Sequence record: SRR20825010_2423
Length of the DNA stretch: 64,000 bases
Direction: 5' to 3' (one strand)
Under the pieces are notes generated by a model. That model had not been told where the DNA came from and did no database searches. It saw only the letters and a program-made list of their open reading frames with translations. Every line of letters begins with the position of its first letter. Positions within the stretch are counted from its first letter, which is position 1. The position numbers were made by a program, and so were the translations under genes. Of the stretch, positions 1 to 9,787 are shown in pieces.

Positions 1-1
1 C

Positions 2-1303
2 GGTATTTCTCTGGCTCAGACTGCTGAAGGCGCGCTGGGCGAATCCGGGAACATCCTGCAGCGCATTCGGGAACTGGCGGTACAATCCGCCAACGCAACG
101 AACTCCGCATCTGACAGGAAGGCCCTGCAGTCCGAAGTAAACCAGCTAAAAGGCGAGCTGGAGCGCATTGCCACCACCACCGAGTTCAACGGGCTGAAAC
201 TCCTGGACGGCACCTTCCAGGCCCAAAAATTCCAGGCTGGCGCCAATGAAAACCAGAGCATCGCCGTTTCCATCGAAGGCGCCCGAACCGCCGACCTGGC
301 CAACAACACGCTCGACGCGGCCAACGCAACCCTGAACCAGGGCACCGGTTCAACAACGGCAGCGAATGCGACGTTACCCGCACAAAACACGATCGCCACG
401 CAGAATCTCACCATTTCCAGCTCGCTGGACAGCCAGGTGGTGCCCATTACAGCAGGTGACACGGCAGAAGACATCGCCGCAGCCATCAACGACATTGGTG
501 CCACGACGGGTGTGAACGCGACGGCAAGAACATCGGCGACCCTGAGCAACACCGCTACCACGCCAATCGCCGTGCCTCAAACCGTGTCGCTCACCCTTTC
601 CAATGGGAGCAGCTCAGCGACCATTTCCGCGCAGATCACCGATGCAAACGACCTCTCAGCGATTGCACGTGAGGTGAACGCCGCGTCTGGCAAGACCGGC
701 ATTACCGCGGAAGTTGCTAACGACGGCAGTATCACGCTGATTCAGGAACAGGGTAAAGACATCACTATCGAAGACTTTACCGCTGCCGGCTCTCAACAGT
801 TGGCGGTACAGGGCAGCGGCGACCCGAGCGCCATCGAACTGACAAGTGGTGGAGCTAATGCCACACGGGTTGCCGGCGAATTGACGCTGGACTCGTCCGT
901 TAGCTTCGCGGCGACGTCTGACGCCACCCTGGCTGCAGGCAGCGTCCTGAACAGTGCACAGAATACCGCCGCCGGCTCTACGCCTGAAGAAGTGGCAGGT
1001 ATCGATATAAGCACCGTTGACGGCGCCACCAGCGCACTCGCAGTTGTGGACGCGGCATTGGAAACCATCAGTGGCATTCGTGCCGACCTGGGCGCTGCCC
1101 AGAATCGACTCGAGTCGACCATTGCCAACCTGAGCACGACCTCTGAGAACCTGTCGGCCGCGCGTTCACGGATTCGTGATGCAGACTTTGCCGCCGAATC
1201 CGCAGAACTCGCCCGCACCCAGGTGCTGCAGCAGGCCGGCTTGTCGGTATTGGCCCAAGCCAACGCAAGGCCACAGCAGGTTCTGCAGTTGCTGCAGGGT
1301 TAA
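2..1303 (+). CDS. fliC: Flagellin (5' end lies outside the window)
   Basis: The frame is open from base 2 ([34 protein letters not shown]...) and is in frame with ORF 437-1303. C-terminal flagellin signature [18 protein letters not shown]...[33 protein letters not shown]. Confidence 0.97.
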   Translation, partial: GISLAQTAEGALGESGNILQRIRELAVQSANATNSASDRKALQSEVNQLKGELERIATTTEFNGLKLLDGTFQAQKFQAGANENQSIAVSIEGARTADLANNTLDAANATLNQGTGSTTAANATLPAQNTIATQNLTISSSLDSQVVPITAGDTAEDIAAAINDIGATTGVNATARTSATLSNTATTPIAVPQTVSLTLSNGSSSATISAQITDANDLSAIAREVNAASGKTGITAEVANDGSITLIQEQGKDITIEDFTAAGSQQLAVQGSGDPSAIELTSGGANATRVAGELTLDSSVSFAATSDATLAAGSVLNSAQNTAAGSTPEEVAGIDISTVDGATSALAVVDAALETISGIRADLGAAQNRLESTIANLSTTSENLSAARSRIRDADFAAESAELARTQVLQQAGLSVLAQANARPQQVLQLLQG

Positions 1304-1337
1304 TCGGGTTTCGTCACAGAGTCAAAGGGGTAGCCCC

Positions 1338-3335
1338 ATGCAAGCACAGCACAACATCCATGCCACAGACGCACAAAAAGCCCACATTGCGCGGCTACTG
1401 CTGCAGGCAAACCTGGCTTATGCCGAGTCAAACAGCCCGACATCGCTGGTTCAGCGTCTCAAGGCGCGGCAGGAATGCCGTGACTACCTGAATGAGGTTC
1501 TGGCGCAGGAACCCGGTAACGCAGGCGCGCTGGGCTTGATGGGGCGTGTGGAAATGGACGAAGGGGCACTTGATAAGGCACACACCCTGTTCACGGACAG
1601 CTTGAGCCATGACCCGGCACAGCCCCAGCAGTTCACCAACCTGGGCTACTGGGCAATCAAGTCCGAGCGCCCGGCCCTGGCGGAGCAGTATTTCATCCAG
1701 GCCCTGGAAATGGACCGGCAATCCGCCGCCGCTTTCGGCGGAGTCGCCCATGCCAAGCGCCTTCAGGGCCAGTTCGACGTAGCCTACCTGCACTACCGCA
1801 AACTGCTGGAAATGGGCCTGGAATGGCCGTCTATCTATAGTGGCATGCTGACCTGTGCGGAGCATCTGGATGTGAAAAGGGCTGACACCAAACTGGCCCG
1901 CGACGCTATCCTTTTGCTGCGACATGACGGCCTGCCCCACCAGGAAATCGGCCGTTTCGTAGGCGCCATCATCCGCCAGCAATACGATCTGGAAAACCCG
2001 AATGCTCAAGTCGCTCTGGACGCCGCCAGCGAGGACGAACTGCTGATCCTGGCACTGGAAAAAACCCTGATGCCAGACCCAGCCGTGGAAGAGCTGGCCA
2101 CCCTGCTGCGCCGGGCGATTATCGCGGAAGTCGCACAAACTGTTGAACTGCGGGACGAACTTCAACCGCTGGCACTGGCCCTGGCGGTCTACGCCGATCG
2201 CACCGGTTACGCCCTGACCGCGGAGGACGACGAAGAACGGCTGGCCTCAGCCATCAACGACAGCATTTGCGCCCAACTTGCCATGGGCGAGCAACAGGAT
2301 GGCATGATCGGTTCGCTGATCATCAGTGCCATGTACGGCGCTCTGTTCCATCAGAAGTATGCTGTACACCTTGGCCGCTGGAACCTGGTGGACTGGCCGG
2401 TTGCCATGCAGGGGATGATGGCCGCGAGCTACTATAACCGAGCGTCGGAAGAGGCCATCAAACAGAATTTCGACGAGAAATCAGCCGAGCTTCGTCTGGA
2501 GAAAACCGATGCGCCCCAGGCCTGGCCCAACTGGTCGAAACTTGCCTATCGCTCCGAAACCAGCCTGAAAGCCATAATGGCGACCGAGCTGGGCATGAGT
2601 ACCGAGCAATTGCCGGAAACGATCCGAATCATGGTGTGTGGCGCCCAGTCCGGCCAGCGCGCCATGGAACTGGCGCACTACCTGAAAGACGTGGAAGTGA
2701 TCGCCGTGGATGAATCCCTGGCCAACGTTGCCAAGGCAACGCGACTCGCGGGCGAGATGGGCATCAGCAACATCGTGTTCTGGCCCTGGTCCATCGCCCA
2801 GCAATTCGTCGCCGATGACCACAAGGTGCACTGGATCGAAATCGGGCGCCTGCCGTCAACAAGCATGACCGACGTGTCCCTCGCAGCCCTGGTGAGTTCA
2901 GCGACCGGCAACGGTGCTGTTGTCCATATGCACACCGCCGTCAACGAACAGACCGATGGCGACAAACAGATCCGCCGCCTGATCTCCCAACACGACCTCA
3001 AACCGACACGTACGGCACTGCGTCAACTCCGACGGATGGTACTGACCAATCGGCAGGATCCGATGTGGCAATCCCTGGTTGCCGAAACCGACTTCTACGG
3101 CCTGGGTGGATGCCGCGACCGTTGGTTCAGTGAGCAGGATTCCAGGCAGCTAAAAGAGCTGATGGCGCTGCTCAGCAACGAAGTAGACTGGAAACTGGTA
3201 AAAGCCCGGGACACCGACGGCCACAGCCTCGCCACCAAGCCTGTACAGAAACAGATCCAGGCTGAGGCTCTGGGAAGCGAGGTGCAAAGCTTGATGGGTC
3301 AAGGCCTGTCCGTGTACTTCCAGCGCCGGCGCTAG
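1338..3335 (+). CDS. TPR-repeat protein with a C-terminal degenerate class I SAM-methyltransferase-like domain
   Basis: ATG at 1338 follows AAGGGG, 34 bp after the flagellin stop. N-terminal TPR-like helices (ALGLMGRVEMDEGALDKA, FTNLGYWAIK...AEQYFIQALEMD). Later IRIMVCGAQSGQRA and VIAVDESLANV resemble MTase motifs I and II. Confidence 0.7.
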   Translation: MQAQHNIHATDAQKAHIARLLLQANLAYAESNSPTSLVQRLKARQECRDYLNEVLAQEPGNAGALGLMGRVEMDEGALDKAHTLFTDSLSHDPAQPQQFTNLGYWAIKSERPALAEQYFIQALEMDRQSAAAFGGVAHAKRLQGQFDVAYLHYRKLLEMGLEWPSIYSGMLTCAEHLDVKRADTKLARDAILLLRHDGLPHQEIGRFVGAIIRQQYDLENPNAQVALDAASEDELLILALEKTLMPDPAVEELATLLRRAIIAEVAQTVELRDELQPLALALAVYADRTGYALTAEDDEERLASAINDSICAQLAMGEQQDGMIGSLIISAMYGALFHQKYAVHLGRWNLVDWPVAMQGMMAASYYNRASEEAIKQNFDEKSAELRLEKTDAPQAWPNWSKLAYRSETSLKAIMATELGMSTEQLPETIRIMVCGAQSGQRAMELAHYLKDVEVIAVDESLANVAKATRLAGEMGISNIVFWPWSIAQQFVADDHKVHWIEIGRLPSTSMTDVSLAALVSSATGNGAVVHMHTAVNEQTDGDKQIRRLISQHDLKPTRTALRQLRRMVLTNRQDPMWQSLVAETDFYGLGGCRDRWFSEQDSRQLKELMALLSNEVDWKLVKARDTDGHSLATKPVQKQIQAEALGSEVQSLMGQGLSVYFQRRR

Positions 3336-4777
3336 ACGTAAGGAATCAGGGATTCACCATAGAGGTGAAGCTCTTCCAGAACATGCCGCTTTTCCGGCGT
3401 AAGCTCCGGATCAGCGGCAAGATTCTGCAAAATCTTGAAGAACTCCTCCAGAGACCGCCACCCTTTCTTGGGCTGCATCAGCCGCTGCTGACGAAAGACT
3501 TCCCACTTCTCCTGCTCTTCGGATATCAGCGTATTGGGGTAATTCCTGGCGCGATAGCGAAACACCATTTCTTCCAGACGACCATCCTCAAACCGTACTT
3601 CCTGTTCTCCCAGGGTTTCCACCGGCTGCCGCAATAGCCAGTTGAGCTTCTCGCGGTCGGTTTTGCTGATAAAACCGCCAGCGTAAAGCTGTTCGTCCGG
3701 GTCCGTCAGGTCACCTTCATGGGGGTGATCGAAGGCCTGGGCGATTCGGGCTGGCAGATCCGGCGCCTTGCGCAAAATGGCCAGGTGCTCACGCAGCTTG
3801 TCGCCGTCCAGTTCCAGCTCGGCAAGCCGCTCATCAGAGAGGGATTTCAGCATGGTGGCGGGTGCCAGTACCGGGCACTTGTTCAATTGCACGCCTTTGA
3901 GTGGAAAACGGCTGGTGCCCTCCCCTAACTCCGCCTGGGAAGTAAATACCCGCTCACGGATCTGCTCAGGCGTAGCGTGAATCAACTCGCTTGGGTCTTC
4001 GCGCAGGTCGTACACGATCACCAGGTTCTTGTTGGTGGGGTGATCAGCCAATGGCGCCACCATTGCGCAGCAACCACGGGTGGCCGGGTACTTTGCGGAA
4101 ATGTGGAACACTGGCTTCATACTGGCAGTATCCAGCATGGCGCGGGCGGAGTGCTTGTCCTTGTTTTGCAGCACAAACTCAAACAGCTTTGGCTGCTTTT
4201 CCTTGATCAGCTTTGCCACCGCGATGGTAGCCTCTACATCCGACAGAGCATCGTGAGCGGCTTCATGGGCAATGCCGTTGGCGACCGTGAGTTCTTCCAA
4301 CTTGAAACTGGGGCTGCCGTCTTCCTTCTTTGGCCATTGAATACCCTCTGGTCGCAACGCGTAGGTCAGGCGCACCATGTCGATGATATCCCAGCGGGAA
4401 TTGCCGTTCTGCCATTCTCTGGCATAAGGGTCACGAAGGTTACGGTAAAGGGTATGGCGGGACACTTCGTCATCGAAGCGCAGGCTATTGTAACCCACGG
4501 CGCAAGTGCCGGGCTGGCTGAAGGCCTCGTTGACCTGTGCGATAAACTCCGCCTCGGGAAAACCGTCTTCCAATGCCTTTTGTGGGGTAATGCCGGTAAT
4601 CAGGCAGGCTTCTGGCGAGGGCACGTAGTCGTCAGCCGGTGCGCAGTAGATAATCAGCGGGTCTTCGATGATGTTCAGATCTGCATCGGTGCGCACCCCG
4701 GCAAACTGGGAGGGACGATCGTGTACGGGGTCGACACCAAAGGTTTCGTAGTCGTGCCAGTAGAAAGAACGGATCAC
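3332..4777 (-). CDS. sbcB: Exodeoxyribonuclease I
   Basis: WHDYETFG...DRPSQFAGVRTD, GYNSLRFDDE and HEAAHDALSDV DEDDh motifs. GTG start at 4777 follows an AGGAG RBS. Confidence 0.97.
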   Translation of the reverse strand: MIRSFYWHDYETFGVDPVHDRPSQFAGVRTDADLNIIEDPLIIYCAPADDYVPSPEACLITGITPQKALEDGFPEAEFIAQVNEAFSQPGTCAVGYNSLRFDDEVSRHTLYRNLRDPYAREWQNGNSRWDIIDMVRLTYALRPEGIQWPKKEDGSPSFKLEELTVANGIAHEAAHDALSDVEATIAVAKLIKEKQPKLFEFVLQNKDKHSARAMLDTASMKPVFHISAKYPATRGCCAMVAPLADHPTNKNLVIVYDLREDPSELIHATPEQIRERVFTSQAELGEGTSRFPLKGVQLNKCPVLAPATMLKSLSDERLAELELDGDKLREHLAILRKAPDLPARIAQAFDHPHEGDLTDPDEQLYAGGFISKTDREKLNWLLRQPVETLGEQEVRFEDGRLEEMVFRYRARNYPNTLISEEQEKWEVFRQQRLMQPKKGWRSLEEFFKILQNLAADPELTPEKRHVLEELHLYGESLIPYV

Positions 4778-4826
4778 CGAGAGAACTCCTGCATTGCGTG
4801 AATCGGTCGAATGCAGGGTAGTGTAA

Positions 4827-5687
4827 TCAAAACATCCCGGTACCGCGATCCACGTAATGCGTGCGCTCCCGCTGAACACCGTTCTGCAGTGTCTGCATGT
4901 CCAGCGTCATGCTGGTGGGCAGATTCAGGAACACGCCTTCAGGCCCCTGAATGGCGCCAGGGCCTCCCAGGTCCTGCCAGTCCACAGACTCACGCTGGAA
5001 CGCCAGGAACAGGTCTTCCGTAAAGCCAACCGTGCCATCGCCATTGTCCACACCAATATCCATGGACAGCAGATTGGTCAGCGGCACACATTGACTGCAG
5101 GTTCCGTCTTCACCCGCCAGACCGATCTGGGTTGCTCGGTGATTGGTGGCCACTCCTGCATCATCGAACAGCATGGCGTCCACCGGGTTGCCGTCTGCAT
5201 CGTTGATTTTCAGGTTCAGGTTGCCACTGAAGCTGGCGATCTCGCCAGAAAGCGTGCCCCGAGCCTGGTTCAGACCAAAGCGGAAACCGGAGAGCTGACC
5301 ATCCCGTTCAGCCAGTTCAAGATAGGGTTCAACACCCTCAAACGGAACCACCTCGTCCACGTTGTAGGTGTTGCCGTCGATCTGGACACGAGTGTCGTCG
5401 CGCACGTAGTGGCCGAGCGCGAAATTCTTGATATCGAGATCGGCGCCAGAATCATCCCCGCCCATCACCACACCATCGGCGTTCAGCCGGGTTTCTGCGT
5501 CCACGCCCAGTGTCACGCGGGTAAACCGGTGGTTTACTCCATCCACATGATCCACCGTCATCATTGCCTGCCCTTGCACCTGGCTCATTTCCTGTTCGGA
5601 AATAGGCTCCAACTCTGCCAGGGCAACAGGCGACATACCCAGACAGATGGTGAGAGGGACAGCATACCAACAAGCATCCTGTCTCAT
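4827..5687 (-). CDS. Secreted protein, DUF6160/FilA-like
   Basis: Signal peptide followed by AELEPISEQEMSQVQGQA, resembling the N-terminus typical of this family. Beta-rich body with a CxxC near the C-terminus. Start may be 5687 or 5708. Confidence 0.55.
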   Translation of the reverse strand: MRQDACWYAVPLTICLGMSPVALAELEPISEQEMSQVQGQAMMTVDHVDGVNHRFTRVTLGVDAETRLNADGVVMGGDDSGADLDIKNFALGHYVRDDTRVQIDGNTYNVDEVVPFEGVEPYLELAERDGQLSGFRFGLNQARGTLSGEIASFSGNLNLKINDADGNPVDAMLFDDAGVATNHRATQIGLAGEDGTCSQCVPLTNLLSMDIGVDNGDGTVGFTEDLFLAFQRESVDWQDLGGPGAIQGPEGVFLNLPTSMTLDMQTLQNGVQRERTHYVDRGTGMF

Positions 5688-5758
5688 AGTGTTGTGTCTC
5701 TGAATCAATTCTTATTATGACCGCAGGAGCACTATATCCCAGGCTGCCGAGCCAATAG

Positions 5759-5774
5759 AGTGAGATAGTTCACA
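5759..5774. promoter_or_regulatory. Candidate CRP/Vfr-type binding site in a divergent promoter region
   Basis: AGTGA-GATAGT-TCACA, 9/10 match to TGTGA-N6-TCACA. Confidence 0.4.
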
Positions 5775-5833
5775 GGGCATAGAATTCACTTCAGGCACTG
5801 CTATACTGGGGTTAAATAATAAACGGAGCCCCC

Positions 5834-6862
5834 ATGACCACCCGCGTTCTTATCTGCGACGATTCCTCTCTCGCCCGAAAACAAATGGCGCGCGCTTTAC
5901 CCAAAAACTGGAACGCTGAAGTTACCTTCGCATTTGATGGCCGCAATGCGCTGGAAAAGCTCCGTGCCGGCGCCGGCGAATTGCTGTTTCTGGACCTCAA
6001 TATGCCGGAAATGGATGGCTACGAGGTTCTGGACGCCATCAGGAAAGAGGATCTCCCCGTGTTGACGATCGTCGTTTCCGGCGACATCCAACCGGAAGCG
6101 CGGGCTCGAGTCCGCAAGCTCGGCGCCATCGAATTCATAAAAAAGCCTACGGACACTGAACTGGTTTTAAAGCTGCTGCAGGACTACGGTTTTCTGCGCC
6201 CTGAGGATCTGGTTGAAGAACACGAGCAGAGCGCTGCGTCCGATACCACCAACACCACTTTAACCAGTGCACCGATTAGCCTGAACGACTATCTCCAGGA
6301 AATCGCCAACGTTGCCATGGGCCGTTCGTCCGACTTGCTGGCAAGACTGCTGCGGGTATTCGTCAAACAGCCCATCCCCCGGGTGGAAATGATTGCCCGC
6401 TCGGAGCTCAGCATGGCGATTTCAGCCGCCCAGGCCGACAGCAGCTACTCCGCTGTCTGCCAGGGCTTCACCGGCGCAGGCGTTGCAGGTGAAGCACTTC
6501 TGTTGTTTGCTGACGCCAGCTTCAATGACATGGCCGAACTGCTCCATTACGAGGACATGGACACCGAAAGCATTCAGGTAGAGGTGCTCATGGACATGTC
6601 CAGCATCCTGTTTGGCGCCTTCCTCAAAGGCATTGGCGACCAGCTGGATCTTAAACTCGGTCTTGGTCACCCAACCGTCCTGGGCCAGCATCGACAGATC
6701 GGAGACCTGCTGGAACACCACAGTACTCGCCACGAAAAGCTGCTGTGTATTGAAATCAGCTATGAACTGGAAGACCGGGAGATCAGTTGCGACATGCTGG
6801 TATTGCTGACAGAAGATTCAGTGCCCTTCCTTGAACAACGACTACAGTACCTGGTGGATTAA
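5834..6862 (+). CDS. Response regulator receiver domain fused to a CheC-like phosphatase domain
   Basis: REC motifs ICDDS, FLDLNMPEMDG, VVSG and FIKKP. C-terminal CheC-like LQEIANVAMG (ExxN) and GEALLLF. Confidence 0.88.
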   Translation: MTTRVLICDDSSLARKQMARALPKNWNAEVTFAFDGRNALEKLRAGAGELLFLDLNMPEMDGYEVLDAIRKEDLPVLTIVVSGDIQPEARARVRKLGAIEFIKKPTDTELVLKLLQDYGFLRPEDLVEEHEQSAASDTTNTTLTSAPISLNDYLQEIANVAMGRSSDLLARLLRVFVKQPIPRVEMIARSELSMAISAAQADSSYSAVCQGFTGAGVAGEALLLFADASFNDMAELLHYEDMDTESIQVEVLMDMSSILFGAFLKGIGDQLDLKLGLGHPTVLGQHRQIGDLLEHHSTRHEKLLCIEISYELEDREISCDMLVLLTEDSVPFLEQRLQYLVD

Positions 6863-6864
6863 CC

Positions 6865-7830
6865 ATGGCCATTAAAGAGATCGGAGCAAGCACCTTCCAC
6901 TGGCTGGTGGACATGCTGGAATCGGTGGAAGTCGGCCTGGTCGTGCTGGACCTGGATTTTCGAGTACAGGCCTGGAACGGCTTTATGGAACATCACAGCG
7001 GCATCACCGCCAGCAAGATTCGCGAGCAGGTTCTGTTTGACATGTTCCCGGACATCCCTAAAGCATGGCTAACGCGCAAGGTAGACTCGGTTGCCATGCT
7101 CAACACCCGGGCATTTACCTCCTGGGAACAGCGGCCCTACCTGTTCCGCTTTCGCAACACGCGTCCGATAACCGGTACAGAAGACTTTATGTTCCAGAAC
7201 CTGACCATCAGCCCCCTTTCCGGGCCCGACGGCCAAGTCGAAAAAATCTGCCTGATGGTCTACGACGTCACCGACATCGCCACCAGCAAACGGGCACTGG
7301 AAACCGCCAACGAACAACTGGCCAAGCTGAGCATGACCGACCGCCTGACTGGTCTGCTCAACCGTGGTACCTGGGAAAACCTGATCGACGCCGAATACGA
7401 ACGCTACCGCCGTTATGGCCACAGCACCTGTCTGATCATGTTCGACATAGACCACTTCAAAGCGGTAAACGATACCTACGGCCACCTGGCGGGTGACGAA
7501 GTCATCAAGTACACCGCCCAAGTCATGAAGGAGAACCTGCGCCAGTCAGACAGCCCCGGCCGCTACGGTGGCGAGGAGTTCGGCATCATCCTGCCCGAAA
7601 CCGATGCCGAAGGCGCCAGGGTGATTTGCGAGCGCATAAGGGAGGCCATACAGAACAGCACGGTTCAAACCACGGCAGCACCGATCCAGTACACCGTCAG
7701 CATTGGCATCGCCCCCTTAACGGATAGGCCGGAGAATCATATGCAGTGGTTACAGCAGGCGGATGAAGCGTTGTACGCCGCCAAGGAAGGAGGAAGAAAC
7801 CGGGTGGTGGTATTCGGGGAGCAATCGTAG
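6865..7830 (+). CDS. PAS-domain diguanylate cyclase
   Basis: PAS-like N-terminus (VGLVVLDLDFRVQAWN), then DRLTGLLNR, MFDIDHFKAVNDTYGH, RQSD I-site, GGEEF active site and ADEALYAAK. Confidence 0.95.
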   Translation: MAIKEIGASTFHWLVDMLESVEVGLVVLDLDFRVQAWNGFMEHHSGITASKIREQVLFDMFPDIPKAWLTRKVDSVAMLNTRAFTSWEQRPYLFRFRNTRPITGTEDFMFQNLTISPLSGPDGQVEKICLMVYDVTDIATSKRALETANEQLAKLSMTDRLTGLLNRGTWENLIDAEYERYRRYGHSTCLIMFDIDHFKAVNDTYGHLAGDEVIKYTAQVMKENLRQSDSPGRYGGEEFGIILPETDAEGARVICERIREAIQNSTVQTTAAPIQYTVSIGIAPLTDRPENHMQWLQQADEALYAAKEGGRNRVVVFGEQS

Positions 7831-7859
7831 GTCGGATTACGCAAAGCCGTAATCCGACA
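7827..7859 (+). repeat. GTAG-family REP element
   Basis: GTAG-GTCGGATTACG-CAAAGC-CGTAATCCGAC-A, a perfect 11-bp stem preceded by GTAG. It overlaps the stop codon of the cyclase gene. Confidence 0.75.
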
Positions 7860-7879
7860 CCACGTTAAAAACGACCCAA

Positions 7880-8248
7880 TCAGTCCTGCTGCCAGCTCTG
7901 CACAGTTTCTTTTCCATGCTTCTGGCGCCACTCGTTCAATACCTTGTGGTTCCCGCCACGCGTCTTGACCACTTCACCGGTGTTCGGGTTCTTGTAGGTC
8001 TTCATCGGGCGCTTGGGGCGGCTGCCGGTGGATGTATCAGCCTTGGCACCGGAAATGGACGGATCAATGGCGCCCAGAATCTGCAGAACGTCTTTTGGCG
8101 ACTTGTCATACTTCTTCATCAGGTCGCGAACCTTGTTTTCAAATTCAAGTTCGCTTTTCAGCGCCTGGTCCTGCTCCAGTTTCGCCAGTTCTTCAGAGAG
8201 CTTTTCCATAAGCTGTTTTTTCTGGTAGTAATCGTTAATCTTTGCCAT
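7880..8248 (-). CDS. mvaT: MvaT/MvaU-type H-NS-family nucleoid protein
   Basis: N-terminal coiled coil and C-terminal KTYKNPNTGEVVKTRGGNHKVLNEWRQKHG, characteristic of MvaT. Confidence 0.9.
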   Translation of the reverse strand: MAKINDYYQKKQLMEKLSEELAKLEQDQALKSELEFENKVRDLMKKYDKSPKDVLQILGAIDPSISGAKADTSTGSRPKRPMKTYKNPNTGEVVKTRGGNHKVLNEWRQKHGKETVQSWQQD

Positions 8249-8442
8249 GGATACAAACCCTTATTTAAATAACTGCTATTGATTTGCCGATATTCGAAGG
8301 CCGCAATTAGTTCAGACAACCAAGCACGGAACCTGCGAATGGATAACTTTTGAATATGACGGTTATGACTAAAAGTCACGAGAAATAGTAATCCATAAAA
8401 CAGATTATGGCAAAATAATTCATTTACGAAAAAGTAACCCAT

Positions 8443-8470
8443 AAAAAAACCAGCCCGAAGGCTGGTTTTT
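8443..8470 (-). terminator. Rho-independent terminator (potentially bidirectional) after the polysaccharide locus
   Basis: A7-CCAGC-CCGAAG-GCTGG-T5 hairpin located 20 bp past the tviB stop. Confidence 0.8.
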
Positions 8471-8489
8471 ATTTAAATAGCCAAAGCGC

Positions 8490-9752
8490 TTATAAGCGCA
8501 AATCAGCTTCACCCAATGGCAATACACCTTTCAGATCAAACAAGACCCCATTGTCTTTCATATATTCGCGTAGATCATGGGGCGAGCGCGCCACATATTC
8601 TCTATGTGGCACTGCCAGAAGTACCGCATCGTACTGGGCTTTTTCCGGATTCTGGTTCAATGTGATTCCGTATTCGTGCTCAGCCTCTTCATTGTCGGCC
8701 CAGCAATCCGTTACATCCACCTTGCAACCAAATTCAGACAACTCCTTAACCACATCAATAACGCGAGTATTACGTAAATCGGGGCAGTTCTCCTTAAAAG
8801 TAAAGCCCATGATCAACACACGAGCATTGGCAACCGTATGCCCGGCCTTGATCATGGCCTTCACCAATTCAGACGCGGCATACGGGCCCATGTTGTCGTT
8901 TACGCGGCGGCCCGACAGGATAATTTCCGGATGATAGCCAATGGCCTGGGCCTTGTGAGTCAGGTAGTAAGGGTCCACGCCAATACAGTGCCCGCCGACC
9001 AATCCCGGTTTGAACGGGAGGAAATTCCACTTGGTCGATGCGGCAGCAATCACTTCGTGAGTATCAATTTTAAGCTTGGAAAAAATCATTGATAACTCAT
9101 TCATCAACGCAATGTTCAAATCACGCTGGGTATTCTCAATCACCTTGGCGGCCTCGGCCACCTTAATGGAACTGGCCTTGTGAGTACCAGCGGTAATAAT
9201 ACCGGCATAAAGCGCGTCCACTTCATCGGCGATGGCCGGCGTGGAGCCAGAAGTTACCTTTTTAATCGTGGCAATACGATGTTCTTTATCACCAGGGTTA
9301 ATCCGCTCGGGGCTGTAACCGGCGTGGAAGTCCTGATTGAAAGTAAGGCCGGATACTTTTTCCAGAATAGGGACACAGACTTCTTCCGTGGCACCGGGGT
9401 AAACCGTGGACTCATAAATAACAATATCGCCGCGTTTGAGGACGCTACCCACGCTCTCACTGGCCTTGACCAGCGGTGTTAAATCCGGGGATTTGAATTC
9501 ATCAATCGGAGTGGGAACCGTCACAATAAAGATCTGACAATCGCGAATGCCGTCCAGAGACTCGGTAAAAGACAAGCCTTTCGAAACTGCCAGCTCTTCT
9601 TTCGAAACCTCTCGAGTAAAATCGACACCATCCTTTAACTCAGCAATTCGCTTCGGGTTGATGTCAAAACCGACCACGTCGCGCTTTTCGCCAAACGCTG
9701 CTGCCAAAGGCAGGCCGACATATCCCAGGCCAACTACGGCAATTTTTTTCAT
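8490..9752 (-). CDS. tviB: UDP-N-acetylhexosamine 6-dehydrogenase (TviB/WbpO family)
   Basis: [42 protein letters not shown] and [10 protein letters not shown] motifs. Confidence 0.9.
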   Translation of the reverse strand: MKKIAVVGLGYVGLPLAAAFGEKRDVVGFDINPKRIAELKDGVDFTREVSKEELAVSKGLSFTESLDGIRDCQIFIVTVPTPIDEFKSPDLTPLVKASESVGSVLKRGDIVIYESTVYPGATEEVCVPILEKVSGLTFNQDFHAGYSPERINPGDKEHRIATIKKVTSGSTPAIADEVDALYAGIITAGTHKASSIKVAEAAKVIENTQRDLNIALMNELSMIFSKLKIDTHEVIAAASTKWNFLPFKPGLVGGHCIGVDPYYLTHKAQAIGYHPEIILSGRRVNDNMGPYAASELVKAMIKAGHTVANARVLIMGFTFKENCPDLRNTRVIDVVKELSEFGCKVDVTDCWADNEEAEHEYGITLNQNPEKAQYDAVLLAVPHREYVARSPHDLREYMKDNGVLFDLKGVLPLGEADLRL

Positions 9753-9787
9753 GATCCCATCAATCCTTTAATGACATATAAAATGAT

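Noticed and set aside
1176..1337. N-terminal extension of the 719-aa ORF overlapping the flagellin gene
   Set aside because: It overlaps the conserved flagellin C-terminus in another frame. The ATG at 1338 has an RBS and is the better start.
4857..5720. Long antisense ORFs (also 10214-11155, 38220-39245, 45589-46791, 52210-53241 and 61394-62554)
   Set aside because: Shadow frames opposite better-supported genes in GC-rich DNA, with no recognisable motifs.
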